64,000 bases of DNA from Nageia nagi (taxonomy: Eukaryota > Plantae > Pinophyta): positions 67,766,001-67,830,000 of the forward strand of contig JBITNC010000001.1 of NCBI GenBank assembly GCA_050084985.1. The letters run 5' to 3'. Both the position numbers and the translations under genes were made by a program. Position 1 is the stretch's first letter. Every line of letters begins with the position of its first letter. Shown piece by piece: positions 40,327-52,100 of this stretch. Under the pieces are notes generated by a model that saw only the letters and a program-made list of their open reading frames with translations, searched no databases and had not been told where the DNA came from.

Positions 40327-43300
40327 TTAAACTTCACTTCCCCTTGAGGGCAACTTCACCAACCCTAGAGAATCCCTAAGCTTGCTGAACTGAGCTTCAG
40401 GAAGGGGCTTGGTGAACACATCAGCGGAGTTTTCAGTAGATGGACGATACTGCAGGTGTATGATGTCATCTAGAACCTTCTCCCTGATAAAATGGGCTTG
40501 GATTTCCACATGTTTGGTTCTCTGATGGAACACAGGATTCTTAGCCAAAGAGATAGCCGATTGATTGTCTGAAGAAATAAGAGATGGGCCATTTTGCTTA
40601 TACCCAATTTCGTTCAGAAGATGCCTCAGCCAAATAGCATCTTGGGCAGCAACAGACATGGCTCGATACTCGGCTTCGATGGTAGAAAGAGTCACAGTAG
40701 GTTGCTTCTTGGAAGCCCAAGAGATAGCACCTGAACCAATGCTAAACACATAAGCAGAGGTTGACTTTCTGTCATCTCTATCTCCCCCATAATCAGAATC
40801 TGAGAACCCAGAGAGAACAATCGAGGGCACTTTGAAATACTTAAGAGCAAGATCCTTTGTCCCTGCGACATACCTCAAGATTTGCTTAACAGCATTGAGG
40901 TGTTCAACATATGGTTTTTGCATGAATCGTGCCGTCAGATTCACTGCAAAGGCAATATCAGGTCGAGAGATAGTCAGATACAGAAGACTACCAATCAATT
41001 GCCTATAAGCTATAGCATCAGCCAACTGAGAATCTGAGCTCAATGATACAACGATTCCAGGAGAAACAGGTATTGCAGCATATTTACACTCCTCCATTCC
41101 AAACTTTTGCAAGATGTCTGATATATACTTAGATTGACTAAGATAAGTACAATCTTTGTGTTGGTATACTTGCATTCCAAGATAGTAATGCAATAGACCT
41201 AGATCAGTCATTTCAAATGTTGCCTTTAGTTTGGAGATGCACTCTTGGATGATTTCAATATTATTGCCAGTTATGAGAAGATCATCCACATAAAAGAGAA
41301 TTAAGACCACGTCTTTTCCTTGATTGAGTACATAGAGATCTGAGTCAGAGAAGCACTTGGAAAAACCAATATCTGCAAAGAATCCTGAAATTTTCTTGTA
41401 CCATGCTCTAGGTGCTTGCTTAAGTCCATACAAAGACTTCTTTAGTTTGCACACAAGAGACTCTTTTCCTTCTGGAATAAATCCTTCTGGTTGATTCATG
41501 TAGATTTCAACATCCAAGTCACCGTTGAGAAATGCACTCTTGACATCAAATTGAAAAGCTTTCCATCCTTGAGCTGCAGAAAGAGCAAGGATTATTCTGA
41601 CAGTAGGCATCTTGTCCACAGGAGCAAAGGTTTCCTCATAATCAATACCATATTTCTGAGCGAATCCTTTGGCCACTAACCTTGCTTTGTATTTTTCAAT
41701 TTTTCCATCAGAATTGTACTTGACCTTGTATATCCATTTATTGCCAATCACATTTTTCTCATTGGGATAAGAAACCAAATCCCAAGTTTCATTTTTCATG
41801 AGCGCCTCATACTCAACTTTCATAGCTTCCATCCAACACTCTTGCTTGGAAGCTTCTTTGAAGGTTGATGGCTCATGCGTATCATCAATTTTGGCAAATA
41901 AAGAGTTATTCAAGATCATACTCCTTGTAATTCTCTGAGCTGGAGAATTTTGCTCTTGTGGTGACTTCTCTACATGATCATCCAACCAGTTAGGTGCAAG
42001 CGAAGAATCATCTGAATTAGACACCTCAGCATGAGAGGTCATATCCTCAGAAAGTTCATTGAACTTGACATCTCTAGAAACAAAGACGATGTTATAAGAT
42101 GAGGAGTAGAGCCTGTAACCTCTATTCTGATTATCATACCCCACAAAGATGCATTTTTCTGATCATTTATCTAGCTTCTTTCTTTTCTCTGAGGTAATGA
42201 AGGCAAATGCATCACAACCGAAGATCTTAAAGTGTGAGAGGTTAGGTTTCTTTCCTGTCCATGCTTCATACGGAGTTTTACCTTCAACTGCTTTAGTAGG
42301 ACACCTATTTAGGGTGTGAATAGCAGTGTGAACAGCTTATCCCCATAAGAAACTAGGAAGGTTACCCAACATGCACCTTGCCATTTCCATAATGGTTCGA
42401 TTCTTCCTTTCAGCAACTCCATTTTGCTGAGGGGTGTAAGGGATTGTGAATTGCCGCTTGATTCCATGTTTAACACAATAGTCGTTAAACTCATTGCTAT
42501 TATACTCACCCCCATTATCAGATCTCAGCATCTTGATCTTAAAATCAGTTTGATTTTCAACAAGTGCCTTGAAGTCTTTAAACCTGTCAAAAGTTTGATC
42601 CTTGTGCTCAAGTAGATAACCAAATGTCATCCTACTGAAGTCATCAATGAAAGTCAGAACATAAGAAGCTCCCCCTAAAGACTTAGTCTGAAACGGACCC
42701 ATCAAATCTGAATGCACAAGCTGAAGAGGATAAGTAGCCCGAGTTGCCTTATCTTTTTCAAACTTTTGCCTATTCATCTTTCCTAGAATGCATCTTTCAC
42801 AGAGACCAATTGTGGGTGAAATATTAGGTAAACCTTCCACAAGTGCTTGAGTTTTCATATCTTGAATACTCTTGTGGTTAAGGTGCCCTAATCGTTGATG
42901 CCAAAGATTACCCTTTGAACAAACATTTGTAGCAAGACAAATCTTTGAAGGAACTTGATCCACAATATAAAGGTCATCCTTTACTGATCCTTTCATGAAG
43001 GTGGCAAGTCCTTTCTTAACACACCAGGAGTGTGAGGTAAACTCAAATGAGTATCCTTTTCTTGTAATCTGAATTACGGAGATAAGATTCATCCTTAGTT
43101 TGGGCACGTAAAAGACATTATCAAGAGTCTTTCTATGAATCTTCACAATCCCTATTCCTTGAACATCAAGGACTGTATTATCACCTATCACAACTGCATC
43201 CTTTTTGTACTTATGAAAGTTTTCAAACTTATCCTTTTCATAACACATGTGATTAGTGCATCCTGAATCAACAATCCAATCATTTGAAACAGTTTGAGTC

Positions 43301-44244
43301 ATTGAGTAGTAGGCAACAGTAGCAGTATGCTTGTTCTTCTTTCTATTATTGAAATTTCTTACATTTGCATTTCCCTTGCCTTTTTGAGCAAATTTCTTTT
43401 TGCGACAATCATATTCTTTGTGCCCAAAGATGCCACAAAAGTTACAATTTCCATCAAACTTTTCCTGAGATGTTGGATTGCTTGATTCAGCTTTATCATT
43501 TCTTTGCCTGAAGTTGCCATTATTGTTGCCCTTTTTCTCATACTTCCTGAAGGTAGATGAGGACTTGTTATCTTTGAATTTATAATGTTTGAACTTTTTC
43601 TTGAAAGGAGTTTTGGTTGCTCCTAGAGCAATGCTATTGTCCTTTGGAGAAAGGTTCAACATTTTCTTGTTCAAAGTTTCCTCATGCTTCAGAAGGAGTC
43701 TAGAAAGGTTATCAAGAGAGATGACATCTTCTTCATCATCGATCCTTGTTTCCATAACCGTGACAAAGTTACTGAACTTTTTGGAAAGGCTTTGAAGAAT
43801 GATGAAGACCATGAACTCATCATTGATCCAGTTGCACCCACAGCCAACCAGTTGTGTCTTGAGGTCAATGATTTTGTTCAAGTAGATAGAGGCACTTTCA
43901 TCTTCACCTTGACGATATTGCAACAACTTTTGTAGAATGGTGAACCTCCTTGAAAATTTTGACCCAAGGTAAATTTTCTTTAGCCTATCCCAAGCTTCCT
44001 TTGCAGATGTTGAAGAAGTGATCATGAGAAGGATGTCATCTGAAACTGCACGATAAATCATTGAAGTTGCTAACTCATTTTTTGAGTTGTATACTTCAAG
44101 AGCCTTCTCATCGGTAGGAGCGACCAAGTCTTCACTAACTGTCTGCCACAGCTTCCTTGCTTGTAACTCGGCTTTCATACGAGGTTCCCATATTCCAAAG
44201 TTGGAACCGTCGAGTATATGCTTGGGAACGAAGGTTTCAACCAT
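40327..44244 (-). pseudogene. Copia-B gag-pol polyprotein (~1305 codons in one frame, two nonsense codons)
   Basis: MVETFVPKHILDGSNFGIW...; CNFCGIFGHKEYDC knuckle; WIVDSGCTNHM; LRSDNGGEY; YVDDLL; ADVFTKPL. ORFs 42337-44313 and 40327-42144 are in the same frame, separated by TAA (42337-42339) and TGA (~42163-42165). Confidence 0.95.
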
Positions 44245-45589
44245 TGCTACAAAAAGTAAACATGCAATAAGAATGCAAATTTTTACAATTTTCCATCTAT
44301 ACATATAAAACATAAGTAAACATGTCCCACATGTGCAAACTTATAAACCACGATCCGTAGAAGGATAACGTTGGGGTTGTTTTCTTGTATAGAATTAGGC
44401 CTTCACCTGGATGCCCGCAAGGTGGAGCCCAGGTACTATCAGTCCTCAACCAGTTCACCTTGGTCAGTAATATACTCTCACAAGGAGAAGTACTAACTAT
44501 TTTCCAAGGATCCGACGTATCTTGGACCGGCCATTTTAATTATCTTGTTAAGGTTTTCAGTTTTCCTCCTAGGTTATCAGGATAATCCCTGAATGGACGT
44601 GCGGACATGTGGTATCACTACACACATGCCTGTCCACCTAAGAGAGTTATGTCCAATCCAACAGAGGTCTTAGGGGCAATTAAGACGGACTTACCACCAC
44701 TTGGGTCTTTGGACTAAAAAGGCTCCAGTCTGCCCTGTCCTCACCTCGTGGCTCCTCAAACAAGTCATGTTGTGGAAAAATACGTGTGGATGTATTCATT
44801 TTAGGGGTTACTTTCAATATTTTGTGTATTTGCAAGTATAAAGCAAATGTGCAAAAGTAAAGTGAAAATACTCCATCCACACGAAACTTGAAACCTTAAG
44901 AGTCCAATGGGTTTTGTACTAACCCCTAAAGGACTTTTACATTTTTTATATTTTTGCTCAAGTTCAAAAATAATAAATTTTACAAAGGCTAAGTCCTACT
45001 TAGCATTAATCCATAACTTAAACATGTATTATTCCATGACTTAAAAATTAAGTAATAAACATGCATCATGCATTATTTAACTTAAAATTTTAAGTACTAA
45101 GCATGCTTGATTCCTAACAAGGTTAAGAGGCATGCATTAGCATGCAAGATTCATAAAGATTTAAGTAAAAAATTATAAAAAATTCCCCCCGTTTTTACTT
45201 AAAGTGCTAAAAACTTGGATGCTAAAAAATTGTGTTTAAGTATGGTTCCTCCCTACTTTTCACTTAAGGGGTTATCCCTAAAAAGGGTCTTTGAAGTATG
45301 TATTTTAAGTAAATATAGCCTTTGTTTACTTAAAAATATCATAGGTTTGTAGGAAAAATCCCTTAAATGTTTAATTTGACTAAGGCAAAAAAAAATCAAA
45401 TCAAATTTGTAGTGGGTAAAAAATTAAAAAACTCAACAACTATAGTTTGACAAAAAAAATTGGAAGAGCCAAGGGAAGCCACGTGGAGGGGGAGAGGCTG
45501 GGGAGGGGTGGCAGGGGCCAAAGTCGGCGAGGAGGCCACGTAGGGCGATGGAGTTTGCGTGAAGCGCGTGGGGTGGCTGTTGACCAACC

Positions 45590-46335
45590 CAGTTCGTGGA
45601 GACAGGTCGGCGAGGGAGGAAGGAGAGTATAAGGGTCAAGGCGAGGCATCTCGGCAAACAACACGCAGACCAGGGCAGTCCACGAAACCTGTCAAACAAC
45701 TCGCGGGCCTTGTGTGTATATCCTACGATCATGGCAGCCATGAAACATGGTTTGCATCGTGCATCTTGGCAAACAATTCACATGCCTTGTCTGCGCTTCC
45801 ATGGTCGCGCCCAGCTGACGAGCCCTCCATCGTTTGGTGCATATCCGACGAGTAGTGCAGTTCATGGAACGGTGTCTGCATCGTGCATCGTATTGCAGTC
45901 CATGAAACGATGTCTACATTATGCATCTTGTCAAACAAGTCGAGAGGTAGTTCAACGTATTCGTTTGGTACATATCCCGCGATCATTGGAGTCCATGGAA
46001 CGCTGTCTGCATTAGGGATGGTGTCAAACAATTTGCAGGAGCCTTCTCTGTGTTTTGTGCATATCCTGCATGCCTTTCGACGTTTCGCATGTGCATACAA
46101 GTTGGCGATCAGCACAGTCCATGAAACTATACGCGGAGCTGTTCAACGTATCCGTGTTGGGCATATCCTGCGTGCATTGGAGACAGAAGATTGCATTTCG
46201 GCGATCATTGCAGTCTATGAAATGGGGTCTGCATCATGCATGTTGGCAAACAATTCACGTGCACAACCTGCGATCATTGCAGTCCAGGAAACGGGGTCTG
46301 CATCATGCAGCTCGTAAAACATTTCACGTGAAACA
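45590..46335 (-). other. Captured, scrambled PPR (PLS-class, S-motif-like) coding fragments in the Copia-B leader
   Basis: Repeated translations in shifting frames: ARELFANMHDADPIS, ELHDADPVSWTAMIAG, LFDTIPNADSVPWTPMIAGYVPNEYVE, LFDKMHNVDIVSWTA, ADKACELFAKMHDANHVSW, AMIVGYTHKARELFDR. Confidence 0.88.
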
Positions 46336-47113
46336 ACGCGTGCAGGTTGCGCCCGAGGGAGGAGGCTGCTACGGGAGGAGCCACCATCATTTGTGCGGCG
46401 TCCCCCCAAATTTAAATAAATTGTTATATGGTTTAATTATTTAACCGTGACCCCTTTAATTATTTAACCGTGACCCCCCCTTTTAAACGTTTTATAATAT
46501 ATATATATATATATATTTTTTTTTTTATTATATTTTAAACAAATTTAAAAAAAAATTATATATAATATATATATTATTGTGCCCCTAAAAAATTTTGTAG
46601 TAGAACTCAAAAAACAATTGTCCTCCTCTCTAATTTTTTTGTAAATGTTCATGCCTCACCAAAAATACCATTAACATAAAAAATGGTAGTATAGATATGA
46701 GAAATTTCACAATAATATATTACTATTTTTAAGCAAATAGTAATAACATAATTAATGTTAGTATATATTGCAAGTTTCATCATATATTGGTATTAAGCAA
46801 ATGTTGTGATAAATTGAACCAACACATACATTTAAGTTCAATATAATATGAAAAAAATACAATTTTTGTATACTAACCCTTTTTAAAAGAATTATAGCAA
46901 TTTAAAAATTGCAAGTAACATAGAGGATTAATAAAAAAATTGCAACTTGTTAATCATAATTTAAAAGTACTAACACATAGCAAGTAATGTGTTACTAGCA
47001 TCATGTAATAATCCATAAAATAACCAAATGAGGAGGAAATTTATACCTTCTCTTGGAATTTACCTCACCAATGGAGTGTAAGATGAGGAATGAAGAAGGA
47101 TCACCAAGATGTA

Positions 47114-47185
47114 GCTTCCACACCAAAAGAAGAGCTTCCACACCAAGAAGAAAAGCTTCTACACCAAGAAGAGCTTCCACACCAA
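47114..47185. repeat. Four 18-21-bp repeats abutting the Copia-B PBS
   Basis: GCTTCCACACCAAGAAGA x4. Confidence 0.85.
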
Positions 47186-47197
47186 GCTCTGATACCA
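47186..47197 (-). promoter_or_regulatory. Primer binding site (tRNA-iMet), Copia-B
   Basis: GCTCTGATACCA on the plus strand, i.e. TGGTATCAGAGC on the minus strand, 2 nt from the LTR. Confidence 0.95.
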
Positions 47198-47199
47198 AT

Positions 47200-47681
47200 T
47201 GAAGGATTTAGACTAGATCTAAACAAATCCTCAAGGACCAAGACTAGGAAACTCAATCATACACAAGATAACACAATCACACAAGATAACACAAGTGTAA
47301 TGTGGTTCCTCCCTCCTTAGGAGTACATCCACAACTAGTATCTCAATTCTCAAGTATGCCCCTCTTACAACTATTCTCTTCCTCTCCTACACAACTAGTA
47401 GAGTAATCTTACTCCAAAAACTTAGTTATGTTACAAGAGGAGAGGCCCTCTATTTATAGCTTGAGAGCACCTCCCTAACCTTCCTTTAACCCAAGGGTAA
47501 GGTTAGGGTTACAATAAATGTATCACCTAACTTTAACCTACCAACTAACCACTTGGTAAAGTCAAAGTCTACATATTAAAGAATTCAATTAATCCCTTAA
47601 GGTATCTACATACCCTTTAAGTGATTAATTGAATTTACAAGGAGTTTAGATATTCACAATATTTCATTACAAATTCTAACA
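47200..47681 (-). repeat. Copia-B 5' LTR
   Basis: TG...CA termini; TATA box on the minus strand at 47451-47458. Confidence 0.97.
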
Positions 47682-48935
47682 CAACTTAAATTCCCAAACT
47701 TAGCCATTTTCGAGGGTTCTAGCTCTTCAACACGACAGAACCATGACTGGGCTATTTGGACACCCATGGGTGATGGGTTGATAGGCGTGATCTTGAGTTC
47801 AATCGGGGACAGTGGGAGGCTGTATTGACTAGGTGCCAGACGAATGTAAGTTGCAAAGGGTTCCCAAAATTGCAAAATTTTGGGGCGAGTTGTCTAAGGC
47901 ACAACAAATCATATCATTCTCATTTTGTAGGAGTGATAGGCATAAAAAGCAATTTCGAGGCTAACAGTTTGCAAAGGAGTCCAAGTGAGTTAGATATACT
48001 ATTGATAGACATATTCCCTCACTAATCAATTCATCATCCTCTTGTCAGATAAGAGGTAAGGCTGAGCAATCAAGAGCGCTTAAAAGGTCTATCGAAAGAA
48101 CAATGCATTCGAGCCTAGCCTCTGCAATCAAATTGACATACACAAAACCTTTTGGAAGATACATCTTTAGTGTATATGGTTTGGTAATAGCAACCAATGT
48201 TATCAGGCTAGAGGAATGGGGCACATTATGTTTTCATTCTGGTAATATCCTAGTCTACACTATGCATGTATGACTGAAATCTCTTCACTTATGATAGATT
48301 TCCTAATCTAGTGATATCAAGAATGACTAGTGATTTTTGGATCATTATTATTGCTATCTCTGAAAAGATGTCATCAAATTGATTGAATATGTAAATTAGA
48401 AAAATACAAAATTATTACAAAATTACTCAAATCCACTCAATAGAAAATGGAACAAATTGTAGATCTGCCCAGAAAGATTATTACAATCCGGAATTACATA
48501 TTTAATTTAGGAAATTGCAGATCTTCCCAGAAAGATTATTGCAGTCCGGATTTACAGATTTAATTATTATAGCAATCCAAAAATACATAAAAATAATGCA
48601 ACTACCAAAAGATTGTGGACGTCAGGCTTAGAAGACCAAAAGCAATCAATGGGACTGAAGTATACAAAAGAGGTGTAGTACCAATTTGGGGCCCAAGATG
48701 GTCCCCACTAAAGCTAAAAACAACTAAGAGATACAAAAAAGGGGTTGAAACCCTAGACGTAAGAAGAGAATGCACAAAGGAGAACTATACCGCCAAGATC
48801 GAATAAGAAGAGTCTGTGATAGTCAAACATCTTACCATAGTCAAACTGTTCTAATCAGTAATGAAGTATTGGACAGTAGAAGCATGGTGATCATGTTGGC
48901 CAAGACCTAACCTGTTATTGATGAGGAGATGATCC

Positions 48936-49159
48936 ATGACCCTAAGGAATAATACACCCCTGCTTCAAGCAAGAGAGGGGTATTGTAGAGGTCCTAACAG
49001 CAGTGGCTCACATAGGAAGACATGGCTGCACAATCTCTTTTCATAAAATGACCCTAAGGAATAATGCACCCCTGCTTCAGGCAAGAGAGGGGTATTGTAG
49101 GTCCTAACAGCAGTGGCTCATGTAGGAAGTCATGGCTGCGCAATCTGGTTATCATAAAA
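48936..49159. repeat. 112-bp tandem duplication
   Basis: ATGACCCTAAGGAATAAT...TCATAAAA at 48936 and 49048. Confidence 0.9.
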
Positions 49160-52100
49160 CTGAATCGTGGTAGCATCAAAACTATGTCCGGTGCCTCTTA
49201 ATAATTGAAACAAGAAGGAAGTGATCTATCAAGTTGGGTTCAATCTCTCTTGCAAGTTGACACCCTGAGAGTGATTACCTCCCAAATATGTAGAACCCTG
49301 CACTTCTATTCTGGCTAGTAACAAAAAGCAGCCCGTAATCTTTAGAAGCCTCTTAACATGATATAGAACTTGGAGATATAGTGCTCTCCAGTGTCTCCAT
49401 CTTAAATGGAATATAGCTGACAAAATTTTGTCATGACTAGAAATGTGGTGATTAATCACAACTCTTGAGCTTCCAAAGTGGGATTCCAAGGCCACAAATC
49501 CAATAATATTGAACATGACCAGGATGAGCAAAAATATTATTAAGCTGATTTAGATATAAATCAATTGAAGGGTTGACAATAAGGAGTAATTACTAACAAT
49601 GAGTGGATCAAAATATAATTACAAAGCAATACCAGTTAAAAAGGCTTGCCTGCACATTTGATTTCCAAATATGCCTAGTTTGGTTGTGGAAGGATTTCCA
49701 GATTTGTTTATTCTACTTTTTTAGGTTGACTACTGTAAATTCAATTTGAATTGTATGACTATGAAACTGACAAACTATGGACTTGTGGAAATCAATTTTG
49801 TTTGAATCTTGCGGAATAGAAATTTGATAACTGGATGGAAATGAATGTATAATTTTCTAAAATTAAGCTATTTATGAGTGATTTTCTAGATTTAATCAAC
49901 TTATGTGTGATTTTCTAAATTTAAGCTATTTATGTATGATTTTCTAACTTTTAGCAATTTATCTGTGAGCAGCAAAATGGCCCAGAACAACATATGCATA
50001 TACAAATATCGCACAAGCATTGGTATTAATATCAGAATTTAGAATCATGCAACTTATGGCCATCAACATTCTACTTTGTTAATCCCATGTTATTACACTT
50101 ACTATTAGACTGTCTACAGGACCACACCTATCATAAAGAGTTCACACTTTTAACATCTTAAACAACTGTTGGAGGGCAAAAGTTTCAACCTATGGCCTCT
50201 CCACGTTGTAAAGGCATTATATTTACAATTTACCACTTATCCTGATTTGCACTTCATACAACTGCACATAATGGGTCAAATTTCTAACTACACAAGCTGA
50301 CGCTTGAGTATCTCCACAGTATGAGATTCTGTTTATTTACAACAGGTGGAAGAGAAACAGAGGGTGTAAATTCATAAAATATATAGTGCTTTTACACATA
50401 GTATGTCTTCAAAGCCATTAGTAATTAAACACAAGTTCAATTGATCCAAGTTCTTGCGCTTTCTGACTCCATATAAAATGTAAATACTTATTCTATTTTA
50501 TATCAACAGGGTTCAAGACAATTGCTTCTCCTTAGCGATGGTAAAGTAAAAAAACTACTTGCTTCAGCAAATTTATAGGGAGAAGCTAATTCTCTTTCCT
50601 ATAACTATTTGCTCCATATAATAATAAGAAGTTTTACTAATTAGTGTCAATAACATCTGATAACAAAATCTCTGGTATGCAATTGTGGCAAGGTTAGAAG
50701 AAAATTTTGCAGCTATTTCTGCTATTCCAAGACCAACCTATGATATAAGCTGTACTTAGTTGTGAATGTCTTCAGCGAAAATGTTTTCCAAACTCATGCC
50801 CTGTCGTATCAACCTCCAAACTGGTATTCATTTATCATGTACCAGTATCTGGTTTGTTGATCAACATTTGAAATTCCAAACCATAGTTCAGAAACATAAT
50901 AACTTGATAAAACCAGGGAGGTCAAGTTAAAAAAATTAATGTACTAGCATTTTAACCCCTTCTGTTCCCCCCACCCCAACAGCTTCTTTCTGTCTTAGTT
51001 CTTGATGGGTTTTAATCCATCATTAATTATCAACCAAGGATTGTCAGATTTATGCTAAAGCTTGTCCTGTATACACCTATTTACAAAGAGATCCAATTAT
51101 ATGAAAACAGAATATTAAATAAAAGAAATCCTACTCTACATCTAACTAACGGGTAATAAGTCCTTCCTCTTTATACAAAAAAGGGGATCCTTCCTTGCTG
51201 CATGAAGAGAGATCACTATCCCCTTTTCAACAACTCAAAAAAGCTACTAGAGCAATTGATATGTTTGAGATGATGCCTGATCCATTGGTATTGGACTAAA
51301 AAGCAAATCATTCTATAAAAGGGGGCGGGTGATTGAATGCCTTGAATAATGATAGTAAGGCTTCAATAATATCTGATAATCGCAAAAAGATTTATGGGAT
51401 GAAAACGTTTTTGTATTTAGTCTCTTATTCTCTATATGATTAATTAGAGCAGCAGAAATTAAAAAAACAGATTTGGATGGTATGGGTTTGTCATAAAGTT
51501 AAGATACCAGACCATACCCTCCAATTGTTTTTTTGTTTTCTGGGGCAGATTGTCCCATAAAGTTGAGCATACCCCATTCAAACACCATAATAATGAATAC
51601 ACTACAAAATATGAAATGCGTTATATCAATATTTGTTCCTAAAGATTGCATGAAATCGAGTGTAGTGGTTACCTCCAAGAAACTCCAAATGGCCACCACC
51701 AGATGCACGGTAAGCAACGAGATCTCCTAGAAGGCCAGCAACAGAGTCAACTTCATCAGCCTCCAAAATGCTCCTGAACATTTGCCAGAAAAATCATTAT
51801 AGATTGGTAAAAAAGAAAGCATATAAAATCATGTGAGCTGCTAGTAAACAAGTTATGGCTTATGATAAAACATACAAATATTGGAACCTTCCAAGGCAAC
51901 ATAATACTTCCCGAATCCCATGGTCAAATATCTCACGATAATGAGCTTTACAAGCTGCATCATATCTTGCATAAAAGGACCTCCATTTTAGAACATCTGA
52001 CCCAGCACAGCACTGCGCAATCACTAAAAGCCATGCTATAATCGCAAGGGCAACAACTATAATTTGTTTCCAGACACCACCATGACTGTTTATACCTGTT

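Larger units (their letters stand above)
39022..47681 (-). mobile_element. Copia-B: full-length young Ty1/copia LTR retrotransposon with a PPR-derived insert
   Basis: 482-bp LTRs at 39022-39503 and 47200-47681 (4 mismatches). TSD CAACT at 39017-39021 and 47682-47686. PBS at 47186-47197; PPT TAAGGGGGAG at 39504-39513. Single gag-pol frame. Confidence 0.98.
36596..47906 (-). mobile_element. ~2.65-kb solo LTR (probably Ty3/gypsy) split by Copia-B into 36596-39021 and 47687-47906
   Basis: Inverted termini TGTTG (36596) ... CAACA (47906); flanking 5-mers GATCA and AATCA (TSD with one transition); no pol sequence; internal palindromic repeats. Orientation inferred from a degenerate TATA-like motif near 37495. 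Confidence 0.7.
24272..52095 (-). pseudogene. Class-3 lipase / DAG-lipase-like alpha/beta hydrolase (AT1G05790-like), disabled; 5' exons not found
   Basis: GT-AG exons: 51876-52095, 51673-51773, 35656-35777, 35463-35554, 35135-35239, 32713-32867, 30142-30317, 29277-29419, 26883-26980, 25559-26478, 24272-24362. Motifs: GSDVLKWRSFY, GDLVAYRASG, GDNWWRGHAA, SVRGTETPEDL, GHSGIVEAARDL, GHSLGG (nucleophile), SPSMFVDHMPWRC. Lesions: 1-bp deletion ~35157, TAG 26454-26456, frameshift ~26217, TGA ~26027. Confidence 0.9.

Noticed and set aside
44245-44313. N-terminal extension MFYMYRWK... of the 658-aa ORF
   Set aside because: AT-rich, acceptor-like sequence; Gag similarity begins at MVETF (44244).
45813-45860. 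Hammerhead ribozyme core (CTGACGA)
   Set aside because: No properly placed GAAA or flanking helices; other CTGATGA hits examined lie in coding sequence.
45433-46444. Functional PPR gene, or plus-strand ORFs of 98-144 aa
   Set aside because: PPR motifs are truncated, frame-shifted and contain stops; plus-strand ORFs are antisense shadows in GC-rich DNA.
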